Shown one piece after another: positions 34,947 to 45,100 of a DNA stretch of 64,000 nt. A model generated the notes under the pieces. It did not search any database. It worked only from the letters and a program-made list of their open reading frames with translations, and had not been told where the DNA came from. Numbering within the stretch: the stretch's first letter is position 1; each line of letters opens with the position of its first letter. The position numbers and the translations under genes are program-made. This DNA comes from Prasinococcaceae sp. CCMP 1430 (Eukaryota > Plantae > Prasinodermophyta): contig RQSC01000007.1 in NCBI GenBank assembly GCA_013416795.1, positions 25,920 through 89,919 of the forward strand, in the 5' to 3' direction.

Positions 34947-35591
34947 TCATTGCACCTCGCGCTGCCGACTGGCGCGCCTGGGCCGCTTGGCGGCCGGGGC
35001 AGTCCCATCGCGCGGCGCTCCCGGCGTGTTGGGGGCGTCGGGCGCGGCAGGGGCGGCGGGGGGTACGGGCGCGACCTGCCTGGCCTTCCTAGCCTTGCTT
35101 TTGGGAGGCTCCAGCGTATACGAGTGCGCGTCCTCATTTGCTCCCACCGCCTCGCCGGCGCCAGCCTCCTTGCGCTCGACGGGCCGTGGCCACAAATACG
35201 CCACCTGCGGCTCGTCGTTCCAGCCGAATTGTGCGTAGTGGTCGGGCTCCTTGAACATAAGCGCGGCGCGATGCGTCGCGTGCAGGCGCTCGTCGCCCAG
35301 CCACGGCGGCAAGGCCACGCCGCCGGCCGGCAGCGCCTCAGGGGTGCACTCGATGTTCGCCTTCCCGCGGCGCGCCCACTCCTCACAGCACGCGTTGTAG
35401 TATGCGGCGAGGGCGTCCTCGTGCCCGCGCCACATCGCCGTATACCCGGCCGCCTGCTGGCGTGCGTAGCGCAGGGGGTTGCGAAGCCAGCGCAGGATCA
35501 TGCGCGCCTCCACGCGCTGGTTGCCTAGCCTCCGAGTGTCCAGCATTCGAGCGCTCGCGTCGAAGTCCGCAACCGGCAAGAACGTAATCAT
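34947..35591 (-). CDS. Pyrimidine-dimer DNA glycosylase/T4 endonuclease V-like protein (MSMEG_6728-like family)
   Basis: MITFLPxxDFxxSARxLDxRRLGNQRVEA, MWRGHEDAL, CEEWARRG, PPWLGDERLHATHRAALMFKEPDHY, YLWP match the bacterial family pattern from recall. Minus-strand TGTAA at 34905-34909. Confidence 0.85.
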   Translation of the reverse strand: MITFLPVADFDASARMLDTRRLGNQRVEARMILRWLRNPLRYARQQAAGYTAMWRGHEDALAAYYNACCEEWARRGKANIECTPEALPAGGVALPPWLGDERLHATHRAALMFKEPDHYAQFGWNDEPQVAYLWPRPVERKEAGAGEAVGANEDAHSYTLEPPKSKARKARQVAPVPPAAPAAPDAPNTPGAPRDGTAPAAKRPRRASRQREVQ

Positions 35592-35652
35592 GGCTGCCCG
35601 CCCAGCGGTCGGAGGGCGCGTTGCGCGACAGGACGCGCGGGCGTTTCGGGGC

Positions 35653-35862
35653 CTAGCTGGATGGTGCCTCGCCGGCGTCCTCCCCTGCGCGCTCCGCGCG
35701 GTTCGCCGCCTGCCGCTGCGCGCGGCGCTTCGCGTTGCACGACTTGGAGCAAGTTGAGACCTCGTCCCAGACCTTCTCCCACTTCTTGCGCCAGGTGAAA
35801 GGACGATTGCACACGACACACACCTTCGTGGGCAGGTTCTCCTTCGCGACGCCGCGCGGCAT
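35653..35862 (-). CDS. DUF2256 small CxxC…CSxxC protein
   Basis: [42 protein letters not shown] is the DUF2256 signature. Confidence 0.9.
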   Translation of the reverse strand: MPRGVAKENLPTKVCVVCNRPFTWRKKWEKVWDEVSTCSKSCNAKRRAQRQAANRAERAGEDAGEAPSS

Positions 35863-36559
35863 GCGCTCGCTGCTACTCGCGCCGCCGCCGCCCTTGCCGC
35901 CGCCGCCCTTACGCCTGCCGCCGCACGCGGCGGTGGCGCGGCGCCGGCTGCCGCCGCCGCGGCCGCCGCGCCGCGTAGTGCTGCCTGCGCTACCGAGCGC
36001 AGCATTGACACCCCACTCCGACCCCTCTCCCTCCTCCCCACCCCGCCCCGCCAGACGCCGCCTGCAGCGGCAGCGCCCGCTGACGTGTCGCGCTCGCAGG
36101 CCGGCGTTCTGGATAAAGGCATTCACATGTTGCCCAGGTTGCAACAATTTCGCGACCGCAGTTTTGAGGAGACGCGGTGCATTTTAATACAATACAAAAC
36201 CAACGGTATCGCATTTGTAGTTGAAATTCCCTTGCACAACCGGCAATTTTGAGGATCTGCGATACCAGTTTTTGGCGGCGTTTTCGAACAGTGCGTGCGC
36301 GGTCTATGCGGGCGCTGGTCAAGTGCGGGCACGGCGCGTGCGCCACAGCGTGCGCGTCTGGTTCCCCCCCCCCACACACACAGACTATCCACCACCCTGT
36401 GGCGTGCGTCGCCCGCGCGCGCGGGGACGTCGCCGCAGCGCCCCGCCGTGAGCGCCCAGGTAGGAGAGGGTTCTCCGCCGCGCGCGCGCGAGCGAGCGCG
36501 CGAGCGCGAGCGCGAGCGAGCTGGCGAGCGAGCGAGCGGGCGAGCGAGCGATCGAGGCG

Positions 36560-37514
36560 ATGTCGGTCACCGAGGCCGACGTGCTCGCTGCTGCGAACAA
36601 GTACGACGTGGCGGACGTGCTCGTGCTGCCGCTCGCACGGCGGCAGCTCGGCGGATCGGGGATGGCGCTGCGCGCAGCGCTGCTACGATGCGAACGGCTG
36701 GAGGAGCTCGACCTGACGGGGAACGCGCTGGAGTCGCTCGAGTGGCTCGGTGGCCTGCCAGCCGCGGCGACGCTGCGCAAGCTCACGCTCACGCAGAACG
36801 GGCTCGCTTCGCTGAAGGGTGCGGGCGCGCTCAACTCCCTGGAGCACCTCATGGTGCAGGCGAACTGTCTGCGTGGTGTGGACGACCTCGCCCTGGATGA
36901 GCTGGCGTCGCTGCCCTCCCTGCACAGCCTATACCTCGCGAACGTCGACGGCTCGCAGCCGAACCCCGCGTGCAGCGACCCCGGCTACCGAGCGGCGGTG
37001 CTGGGTGCGCTGCCAAAGCTAAGGATTCTCGATGGCGAGAGGCTTGATGGGCCGGGAAGCGCGGCGTTCCGCGAGGCGTGCGGCTCGCACGCGGGCATGG
37101 GGCTCGACGAACTCGATGCGGCTGCGAGTGGTGCCGAGGAGGACTTCGTCGCCGCGCACGCTCGGGCGGAGGCTGAGCTCGCTGACGCGGCGGACCTGGA
37201 CGCCATGCTCAGAGGGGGTGCGTGCCGCACGCGCCTTCGTGGCACCTGCGCGCATGCGCGTGCATCTGACAAGCGCACGCCCGCGCACACGTCGCATCGC
37301 TGCGCGCGCAGGTCTGCTGCCGGCCCCCGGCGATGGCGCCGCGCCCGATGGCGCGGGCGCGCGCCTCGCCGCGCTCCTTGCAGAGAGCTCGGCGCTCGCG
37401 TCGCGTGCGAAGGAGGCCGTGCTCGAGGCCGAGCGCCGCAACGCCGTCGAAGGCGCCCTCGCGGGCGTTGCCGTGCCCGCGCAGCGGGCCGCACGCGCCG
37501 GTCGGCGCGCGTGA
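36560..37514 (+). CDS. Leucine-rich repeat protein (SDS22-like LRRs, LRRC61-like); intron 37218..37311
   Basis: LEELDLTGNAL, LRKLTLTQNGL, LEHLMVQANCL, LHSLYL, LRRcap NPACSDPGYRAAVLGALPKLRILDGER. TGTAA at 37564. Confidence 0.82.
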
Positions 37515-37903
37515 GCTCTCGCGCCCCTACCCACACGGCGCTCGCCGACCGACCGACACATCATGTAATTTTTGTACACAATCTATTCGGGCATCGCGGT
37601 GCGCTCGTGGCGGGGTGTGTGTGTGCGCGCGGATGGATGGCCGCGCGTGAGCTGGTGTTGAATAGGACTACGCAAGCCTAAAAAAAGTCCGCGATAAGTT
37701 ACTTGTTCGTGGTGAATTGATAAGGCACGGTACAACAGGTACAGAAGTAGCGTGAGGGAGCACATACGACAATCGTTGGTCGGCGTGTATGCGTTTGTAT
37801 GTCAATGATGCGTGTGCACTGGCCGGCAGGCAGTCTGTGGTCTGCTCGAGGCACTGCTCGAGGCACATACATAATGGCCGCGGGTGTGCGGGCCACCTGT
37901 CGG

Positions 37904-38623
37904 TCACAGTAGCAGCGCGTCGGAATTGGAGACGGAGGTACGGCGCGTTGCCGCGACGCCGTCGCGGTGGGTGTAGTTCACAGGCATGCTCTCCGCCCTG
38001 CGCAGGCCGGAGCCTGCTCGGCCCACTCTCCCTGCGAGGGCGCTCTTGGGGTCAATCAAGTCATCGCTCAGAGCGAGGTCCTCGTCGTGCAGAAAGAGGC
38101 ACTTGTGGCCGTATTTGCACGTCCCTGTGAGCGCCCACGTTCTGCAGCGAACTGTCTTGTATTTGGGGTGGCGTATCACCTCGCGAAGCTCGGACGCGCC
38201 GTGGGCAAAGCGGCACTTTCGTCCGTAGCGGCACGCGCCGAACGTCTCGAAGGACCGGCACAGCTCCGTCTTGTAGAGCTGCGCCTGCTGCTGTGCCTCC
38301 CGAGACTGTTGCGCCTGAAGCTCTGCGTGATCTGAGAGCACGCGAGTCGTTGGCAGAGGTGAGCCTGAGCTGACAGGCAGGCTCATGGCACGCTGCAAAC
38401 CGCCCGCCGATGCCCTTGGCCTCGCGCGCACCGCTGACATTGCACCGCTGTTTTCAGGCATACCGCTGTCGTGGTGTGTGCCTCCGCCCTCCGCATGCGC
38501 AGAGGTTCCGCCCCCTCTGCGCGGAGGAACGCGGTCTCCGAGCGCGGGCCAGGGCGACGCGCGCGTCGGCCGCCCCTCCGCCGGTTCGCACCGTGCCACC
38601 GGCGTGACGCTCTCCCAGTCCAT
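37904..38623 (-). CDS. Tristetraprolin (ZFP36/TIS11)-type tandem CCCH zinc-finger protein; start uncertain
   Basis: YKTELC-x8-C-x5-C-x3-H, 18-aa linker with RHPKYKT, second C-x8-C-x5-C-x3-H. Confidence 0.9.
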   Translation of the reverse strand: MDWESVTPVARCEPAEGRPTRASPWPALGDRVPPRRGGGTSAHAEGGGTHHDSGMPENSGAMSAVRARPRASAGGLQRAMSLPVSSGSPLPTTRVLSDHAELQAQQSREAQQQAQLYKTELCRSFETFGACRYGRKCRFAHGASELREVIRHPKYKTVRCRTWALTGTCKYGHKCLFLHDEDLALSDDLIDPKSALAGRVGRAGSGLRRAESMPVNYTHRDGVAATRRTSVSNSDALLL

Positions 38624-39528
38624 GCTGAGCGCCCTCGCGAGCGGACGGCGCGGATGGCGCGGATGGGTGGGCGGGCGCGCGCATGCCAGTGCCAGGCGGC
38701 TTTCACCACCATGCCCTGGAAGAGCACCTCTGTCATCTTGGCGCCCGATAGGGTGCACTGGCGTGCGAGGGCGGAGGGGGCTCGTTTCGACGTGCGGGGC
38801 GGAGGAGCCCAGCGACTGCGAGCGCGCCAGCGAGGGGGGGCTGCCTCTGAGCGACCCGAGCGGTACCAGGCCGCGTCCAGTGGTGTTGTTTGGGCCAGGA
38901 GGCTGGTGCAGTTGGGGGTGATTCTGTTGTGGTAGCGAAGCCTCCGCCGCTGCCGCGCGGCCGAAAACGAAAGCGCCGCCGCGGCGCCGCCGCGGGCAGG
39001 AGAAGTACTTCACTATTTTATGGTACAAATGTACCGACGGGCGATCACAATACATATCAACGTCTTTGAAGGAATCAAACGCCGTGTGATGCGCGGGCGC
39101 CGTTTGACCGGGGCACGCCAGGATCGGAGCGCGGTGTTTGGGTTATGTGTTTAGGGTCAGTTGGTAGGGTGCGGATCCGCGCTCGGCGAGGCCCGGGCGC
39201 GGCGTGGTGCGACGGTTTGGATCACTGGTTGTCACTGTCCGCGTAGAAGAGCCTCTCCAGCAGGCCCTCCCGCAGGTCAGCGTCGCGCGGCCACGGCCGC
39301 AGGCTCGCAGCACCAGCGGCCGTGGGTGGCAGCTCGCAGTGACACAATGTAAGATGACTACTACAAGTACATGTCCACTCGTGGCTCTCACAAAATATCT
39401 GCACCGCCGTAGCTCTCTTCACCAGCTATTGCGGCACTCGCGCTCGTGCAGGTCTGCACCCGCCGAGGGGGGAGCTGCGCTGTGCGCGCGCGCTCTAGAG
39501 CTGCCACAGCGCGCGCATGCCCTCCACT

Positions 39529-40813
39529 CTATTTGGTCCTTTTGAAGAAAGAGAAGCCGTTGGTGGCTGTGCTCGCCGGCCTGGCCTTGCTCGACAGCTT
39601 CGCCTTGGTGGTGAGCTTCTTCTTTGGCTGCGTCTTCGCGGCGGTGAACTTCTTTGTGCCGCCGGTACTGAAGTTGAAGAAAGAGAAGCCGTTGGTGGCT
39701 GTGCTCGCCGGCCTGGCCTTGCTCGACAGCTTCGCCTTGGTGGTGAGCTTCTTCTTTGGCTGCGTCTTTGCGGCGGTGAACTTCTTTGTGCCGCCGGAAC
39801 TGAATAAAGAGAAGCCATTGGTGGCCTTCTTCACGCTTTTCGCCTTCTTCGCGGTCGCGGCCTTCTTCGCTGTCGACACCTTCTTCGTGCCCAGTCCGTA
39901 CTTGGACGCGGGCTTCTTGACCTTCTTCGCGGTCGCGGCCTTCTTCGCTGTCGACACCTTCTTCGTGCCCAGTCCGTACTTGGACGCGGGCTTCTTGACC
40001 TTCTTCGCGGGCGCGGCCTTCTTAAGTAACTCAGCCCTCTTCGCTGCCGCGGCTTTCCGGGCTGCTGCGGCCTTCCTCGCCGCCGCAGCTTCCCTCTTCG
40101 CGGCCGCCGCCTTCGCCGCCGCCGCTGTCTTCTTCGCCACCGCGGCTCTCTCCCTCTTCGCTGCGGCCTTCTTCAATGCGACCTGCGTACGAATGTCAGA
40201 TGAATACTTGGGCTTCTTAATCGTAGTCGTAGTCGTAGTCCGGGTCGTAGTCGTCGTCAGGGTCCTAGTCGCGCTCGCGCGCGTCTTGGCAGCAGGCGCC
40301 GCGCGCTTCTTGGCAGCAGGAGTGCGCGCAGCCTTTTTTGCAGCAGGGGCACCACTGCCAAACAAGCCGCCGAGCAATCCCCCAGCGGGCGCCTTCTGAG
40401 AGGCGGCAGACGCGGGCGGCGGGCGGCTGAACGTCTTCAGCTGCCTCGTCTCCACTGAAGCGATGGCCGCGAGTCGCTCGCGCTGGAGCTGCTCCTTAGA
40501 GGGACCACTCTTCACGATGTCTGTGACTTCTGTCTTCAGACCTGAGACTTCTGCCTTGAGTGAAAAGAGTGCACCCGTGAGCTCGGACACCTCACTCTTC
40601 AGCCTGTCTCTTTCGGCCTTCACATCGGAGAGTTCCGCCACGCTCCTCGCGGGCGCAGCCTTGGCAGCGGGCTTGGCCGGAGCCTCTTCCTGCTCCTTCT
40701 CTGCGGCGGGCGCGGGGGCCGGCTTGGCAGCGGGCTTGGCAGCGGGCTTGGCCGGAGCCTCTTCCTGCTCCTTCTCTGCGGCGGGCGCGGGGGCCGGCTT
40801 GGCAGCGGGCTTG
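39529..40813 (-). CDS. Uncharacterised Lys/Ala-rich repeat protein (5' part in gap)
   Basis: Open frame with PAAK repeats, a short coiled coil, two 26-aa repeats (78 nt) and two 44-aa repeats (132 nt). Confidence 0.6.
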
Positions 40814-41382
40814 NNNNNNNNNNNNNNNNNNNNNNNNNNNNNNNNNNNNNNNNNNNNNNNNNNNNNNNNNNNNNNNNNNNNNNNNNNNNNNNNNNNNNNN
40901 NNNNNNNNNNNNNNNNNNNNNNNNNNNNNNNNNNNNNNNNNNNNNNNNNNNNNNNNNNNNNNNNNNNNNNNNNNNNNNNNNNNNNNNNNNNNNNNNNNNN
41001 NNNNNNNNNNNNNNNNNNNNNNNNNNNNNNNNNNNNNNNNNNNNNNNNNNNNNNNNNNNNNNNNNNNNNNNNNNNNNNNNNNNNNNNNNNNNNNNNNNNN
41101 NNNNNNNNNNNNNNNNNNNNNNNNNNNNNNNNNNNNNNNNNNNNNNNNNNNNNNNNNNNNNNNNNNNNNNNNNNNNNNNNNNNNNNNNNNNNNNNNNNNN
41201 NNNNNNNNNNNNNNNNNNNNNNNNNNNNNNNNNNNNNNNNNNNNNNNNNNNNNNNNNNNNNNNNNNNNNNNNNNNNNNNNNNNNNNNNNNNNNNNNNNNN
41301 NNNNNNNNNNNNNNNNNNNNNNNNNNNNNNNNNNNNNNNNNNNNNNNNNNNNNNNNNNNNNNNNNNNNNNNNNNNNNNNNNN
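40814..41382. other. Assembly gap (N run)
   Basis: Continuous N. Confidence 1.
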
Positions 41383-41546
41383 GCGCGGCGCCGGGCCCGG
41401 ACCCCTCCGCTCGCCCAGCGGAACCCATGCCGTTTGGGCTAGCAGTGGGTCGCCCGTGGGTAGCACTCGCGCGCGGCCGTGCCGCGCGCGCGGCACGCGC
41501 CGCTGCCACCGCGCTCGCGCCGCCGACGGGGTGAAGGTTTAATTAT

Positions 41547-41569
41547 TAGGGTTTGACTCATTAGGGTTT
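41547..41569. repeat. Degenerate TTTAGGG/telo-box patch
   Basis: TAGGGTTT at 41547 and 41562. Similar patches at 34887-34919 and 63609; reverse AAACCCTA at 11972 and 30504. Confidence 0.6.
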
Positions 41570-42160
41570 AATATCGCGGCGGCGATCGGACGGGGGGCCA
41601 ATGAACAGCAAGGGAACCGGAGCCGGAACTGGAATTGACTGAAGTCTTGCCGTTGGTGGATTCGGATTCGAGGCGCCACAACAGGTCTCAATCCGGATCA
41701 AGCTCGGGGCGAGAGATCCTACGAAGTCTACCTGGTATCATAGTCATAGCGACGGTAGACTCCTGTGAGAACACGACTAGCTACCACGTGGTACGCCCGA
41801 CCGACCGACAGGCACAACAGGCGACGAGGCAAGGCCCAGCGGTCCGCCCACCCGCCCGTCCGCCCCGCCCCTCCCGCCCGTGCACGCACATGTGCACCCG
41901 CGGCCGCCGGCCGGGCGTCGCGCGACGGCGTGCGGGCTGCGGCGTCGCGCGACGTTACGCGCGCGCCTGGGTGGGTGCTGGCTGATGGTATGCCGCCATT
42001 GGCTTTCGCGCGGTGCGGATTGGCCCGCTGCTCTGCGCGCGCGCGCGCGTTCGGGGAACCGCGGAGGCCGCGCGGCGAAAGCGCGGCGGGGATGCGCGAA
42101 TGCGGGTGCGGGCAGATGGCGGGGCGCGCCGGTGCGCGCGCGGCGAAATCCGGGCCGTCG

Positions 42161-45100
42161 ATGGCGCGGTGCAGTGCGCTCGCGCTCGTGCTCGGCGCCG
42201 CCGCGGCGGCGGGGGCCGCCGCGCAGTCGGCCGACCTCTTCGTGACGGAGCTGCTGCAGCGGCCGATCACGCTGATCACCAAGGGCGTGTGCGCCGCCGA
42301 GAACTTCGACACCCCGGTGGGCCTCACCGTGCCCTCGCAGATGGTCCCGTGGGACGGCGGCGACTTCACCTTCTCGCTGCGCGTCGACACCGACATCCCC
42401 GACGACAAGCCGTGGTCGTGCTCGGGCTACTCGTGCGGCGAGTCGAGCACCGGCGCGCTCTTTGGCATCAACGGCCAGTTCTCGCTCGGCATGTCGGACG
42501 TCTTCTCGAAGATCAAGATCACCATCCCGTCCATTCCGTCGATGTACCACGCGCAGGAGGGCGTCGGCTCGCTTTCGAAGTCGATCGACGGTCGCGCGAG
42601 TTCGAAGCGCCGCGCGCTGCTCGCCACCGAAGACAGCGCCACCGACGGCGGTGACGGCGCGCTCCTCGATGCGCCAGGAGCCGTGGTCGCGAACGCCACC
42701 TCGCGCGGTCTGAAGTTCTACGGGGGCAAAGGCGGCGGCGGATGGAATGGCGGCGGCGGTGGCGCGGCCAATCTGCCCAAGAAGGACGACAATCCCGACG
42801 AGTACGACGTCACCGTCATGCGCCGCGGCTCCCAGGTTGCGGCCTGCGTCAACGGCGACATGGTGGTCGAGTGGACCGACGTCGAGTACTGGGCGGAGGG
42901 TGAGATCATGCACGATGCGCCCTACTCCGAGGCCGACGGCCAGGTGTTCTTTGGCTACACGACGCCCCAGCACTGGGGCCCCTCGTCGGGCCAGCCGCCC
43001 TCCTCCCCGGCCTTTTCCATCCCCGGTGAGTACAAGAGCGCGCGGATCGCCAACAAGGCCTTCGACACGTGCGAGGAGGCCGTGGCCGCCACGCTGGATG
43101 CCGTGGAGGCGGAGGACGGCTCGCTCATTCCATACGCCGACGAGGCAGCCAACGTCAAGCCAAAGGTGGAGCTCACCTCGTCACTCGGCTCGTCGATGTT
43201 CGTCAACGACGAGACGACCATCAGAGTGCGCGCCACCGACGCCGATGGCGAACCCATCAAGGTGACGGTGACCTTCTTCGCCCGCCCGCCCGAGGAGTGT
43301 GACTGGCCGCAGTGCAACTCCAAGTCCACCCACCTGATCAACGGGACGGGCGAGGCCGAGCTCGAGATCAAGAATTTGTGGCCCTTCCCCGGGCGCTTCC
43401 TCGTGCGGGTCGTGGCCACCGACTTCCGCGGCGGCATCGACGTGCTCGACGTGCCCTTCATGGTTCACAAGATTGGGGACACCAACTTCAGCGCGCCGTG
43501 CTGCCGCTACGCGGTGGAGACGATCCACTACGCGCCGAAGAAGGGCCCCCACAACACCAGATGGACCAACTCGGGCGACCCGTACGAGCGGCTGTACAAC
43601 TACCAGATCATCGCCGACCCCTTCCCCGAGCAGCGCCTCGACGTGCTGTCCTGTAAGGGCATGCACCATGCGGGCCCCGGGACGTCGATCAACTTCGGCG
43701 TGTACATGAACAAGGACCGCGGCTCGAGCCAGCGCTTCGTGCTCGTCCCGACCACGAACGGCTGCGGCAGCACCTACTCGCACCCCTACCTTGACTATGG
43801 GGCGGCCTCGGAGGAGGGCTCCACCAACGACGCTGGGCTGGCGTGCGGATGCACCAAGGGCGGCACCAAGCTCATCATCGAGGAGGGCCTGGGCCTGGAC
43901 AACATGAACCAGTTCTACATCCGCGTGTCCTACGGCCGCATGTCGCTGCACTGGGACCCGCCCATCTTGCCCCCCGTGAACGGGCGCGCATCGGTGAGCG
44001 ACATCACCGATGCCTTCGATGGCAACCCGTTCTTTCGCCACTTCATGTTCTACCAGGAGCAGAACCCCGGCACGGGCAACTCAGGCACTGGTGGCGGCAA
44101 GATGTCGCAGCTCTCTGGCTGCGACTTCGGCTCGGGCAAGATCCCCGGCATCATCATTGCGCACGAGATCGGGCACGCGTGGGACCTTGCGCACGCCGAG
44201 ATGTGGACCAACACCGACTCCTCGCAGGTGTCGATGAAGGACCCCGCGAGCTCGCAGGGCCAAGGTTTCACGGAGTACATGGACTACTGGTCGGTGATGG
44301 GCAGGGGTATTGACTTCAACGAGGTCGATCGCCTGCGCCTCGGGTGGATCCACGAAACAGAGCAGAAGCTCTGGCTGAAAGCGGACCGCGCGGTCGTCAA
44401 GGAGGAGATCCTCGTGCTGCACCCCGTCGACCGCGCCGAGTCCAAGGGCAACCGCCTCATGCTGACTTTCGAGGGCAACGAGGCGCCTGTGTTCCTGGCG
44501 TGCATGTTCCGCTCGTTCAGCGGCTCCCCGCGGGACTCGCTCCGCCTGGGCAGGTGGGGTGGCTTCTCGCGCGGCAGTGTCAGCACGAGTCAGCACCTCC
44601 AGGGCAACATCCAGGGCTTCAGCTGCATCCGATCGAAGGGTGGCTCGAAGCGCCTCAGCCGCGACGACTTCCGTGTGGACTTCAACGTCCTCGATGGCGA
44701 CTACCCAAGCCTGCTGCCGCGGAGCGCGGGCTCCAACCCTCCGGAGGGCGGCCTCGCCAACGGTCTCGCGGCCGGCAAGACATGGTACTACCAGGAGGGC
44801 GGCATGTCCGTGTCGGTGCTCAACATCGGCGAGGACGCCTGCGACACGCCCCCGCTCTACCCGCTGTTCGACGAGTGGGGCGTGAACACGTACGAGTGCA
44901 TGTCTGTCAAGGTCAAGACAGGCCTGGAGGTGGACAGGCCCTTTATGGGCCGCAAGGTCACGGTGGGCTACACGCTCGCCGACGCCGCGGTGCCCGTGCT
45001 GGCGAACACGGGCAAGCAGTGCGGCGAGGTGGATGTCAAGCTGGCGGTGAGTGTCGAGCTCAGCGTGGAAGGCGAGGAGGACCTCGAGCCTGAGGCCATC

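Noticed and set aside
5407-37311. Introns sharing GTGCGTGCCG starts and CG-rich bodies as possible introner elements
   Set aside because: Similarity is limited to splice consensus and low-complexity CG runs; intron bodies do not align with each other by eye.
39222-39422. Small minus-strand ORF ending LREGLLERLFYADSDNQ
   Set aside because: Non-ATG start, no recognisable family and no supporting splice or poly(A) signal on that strand.
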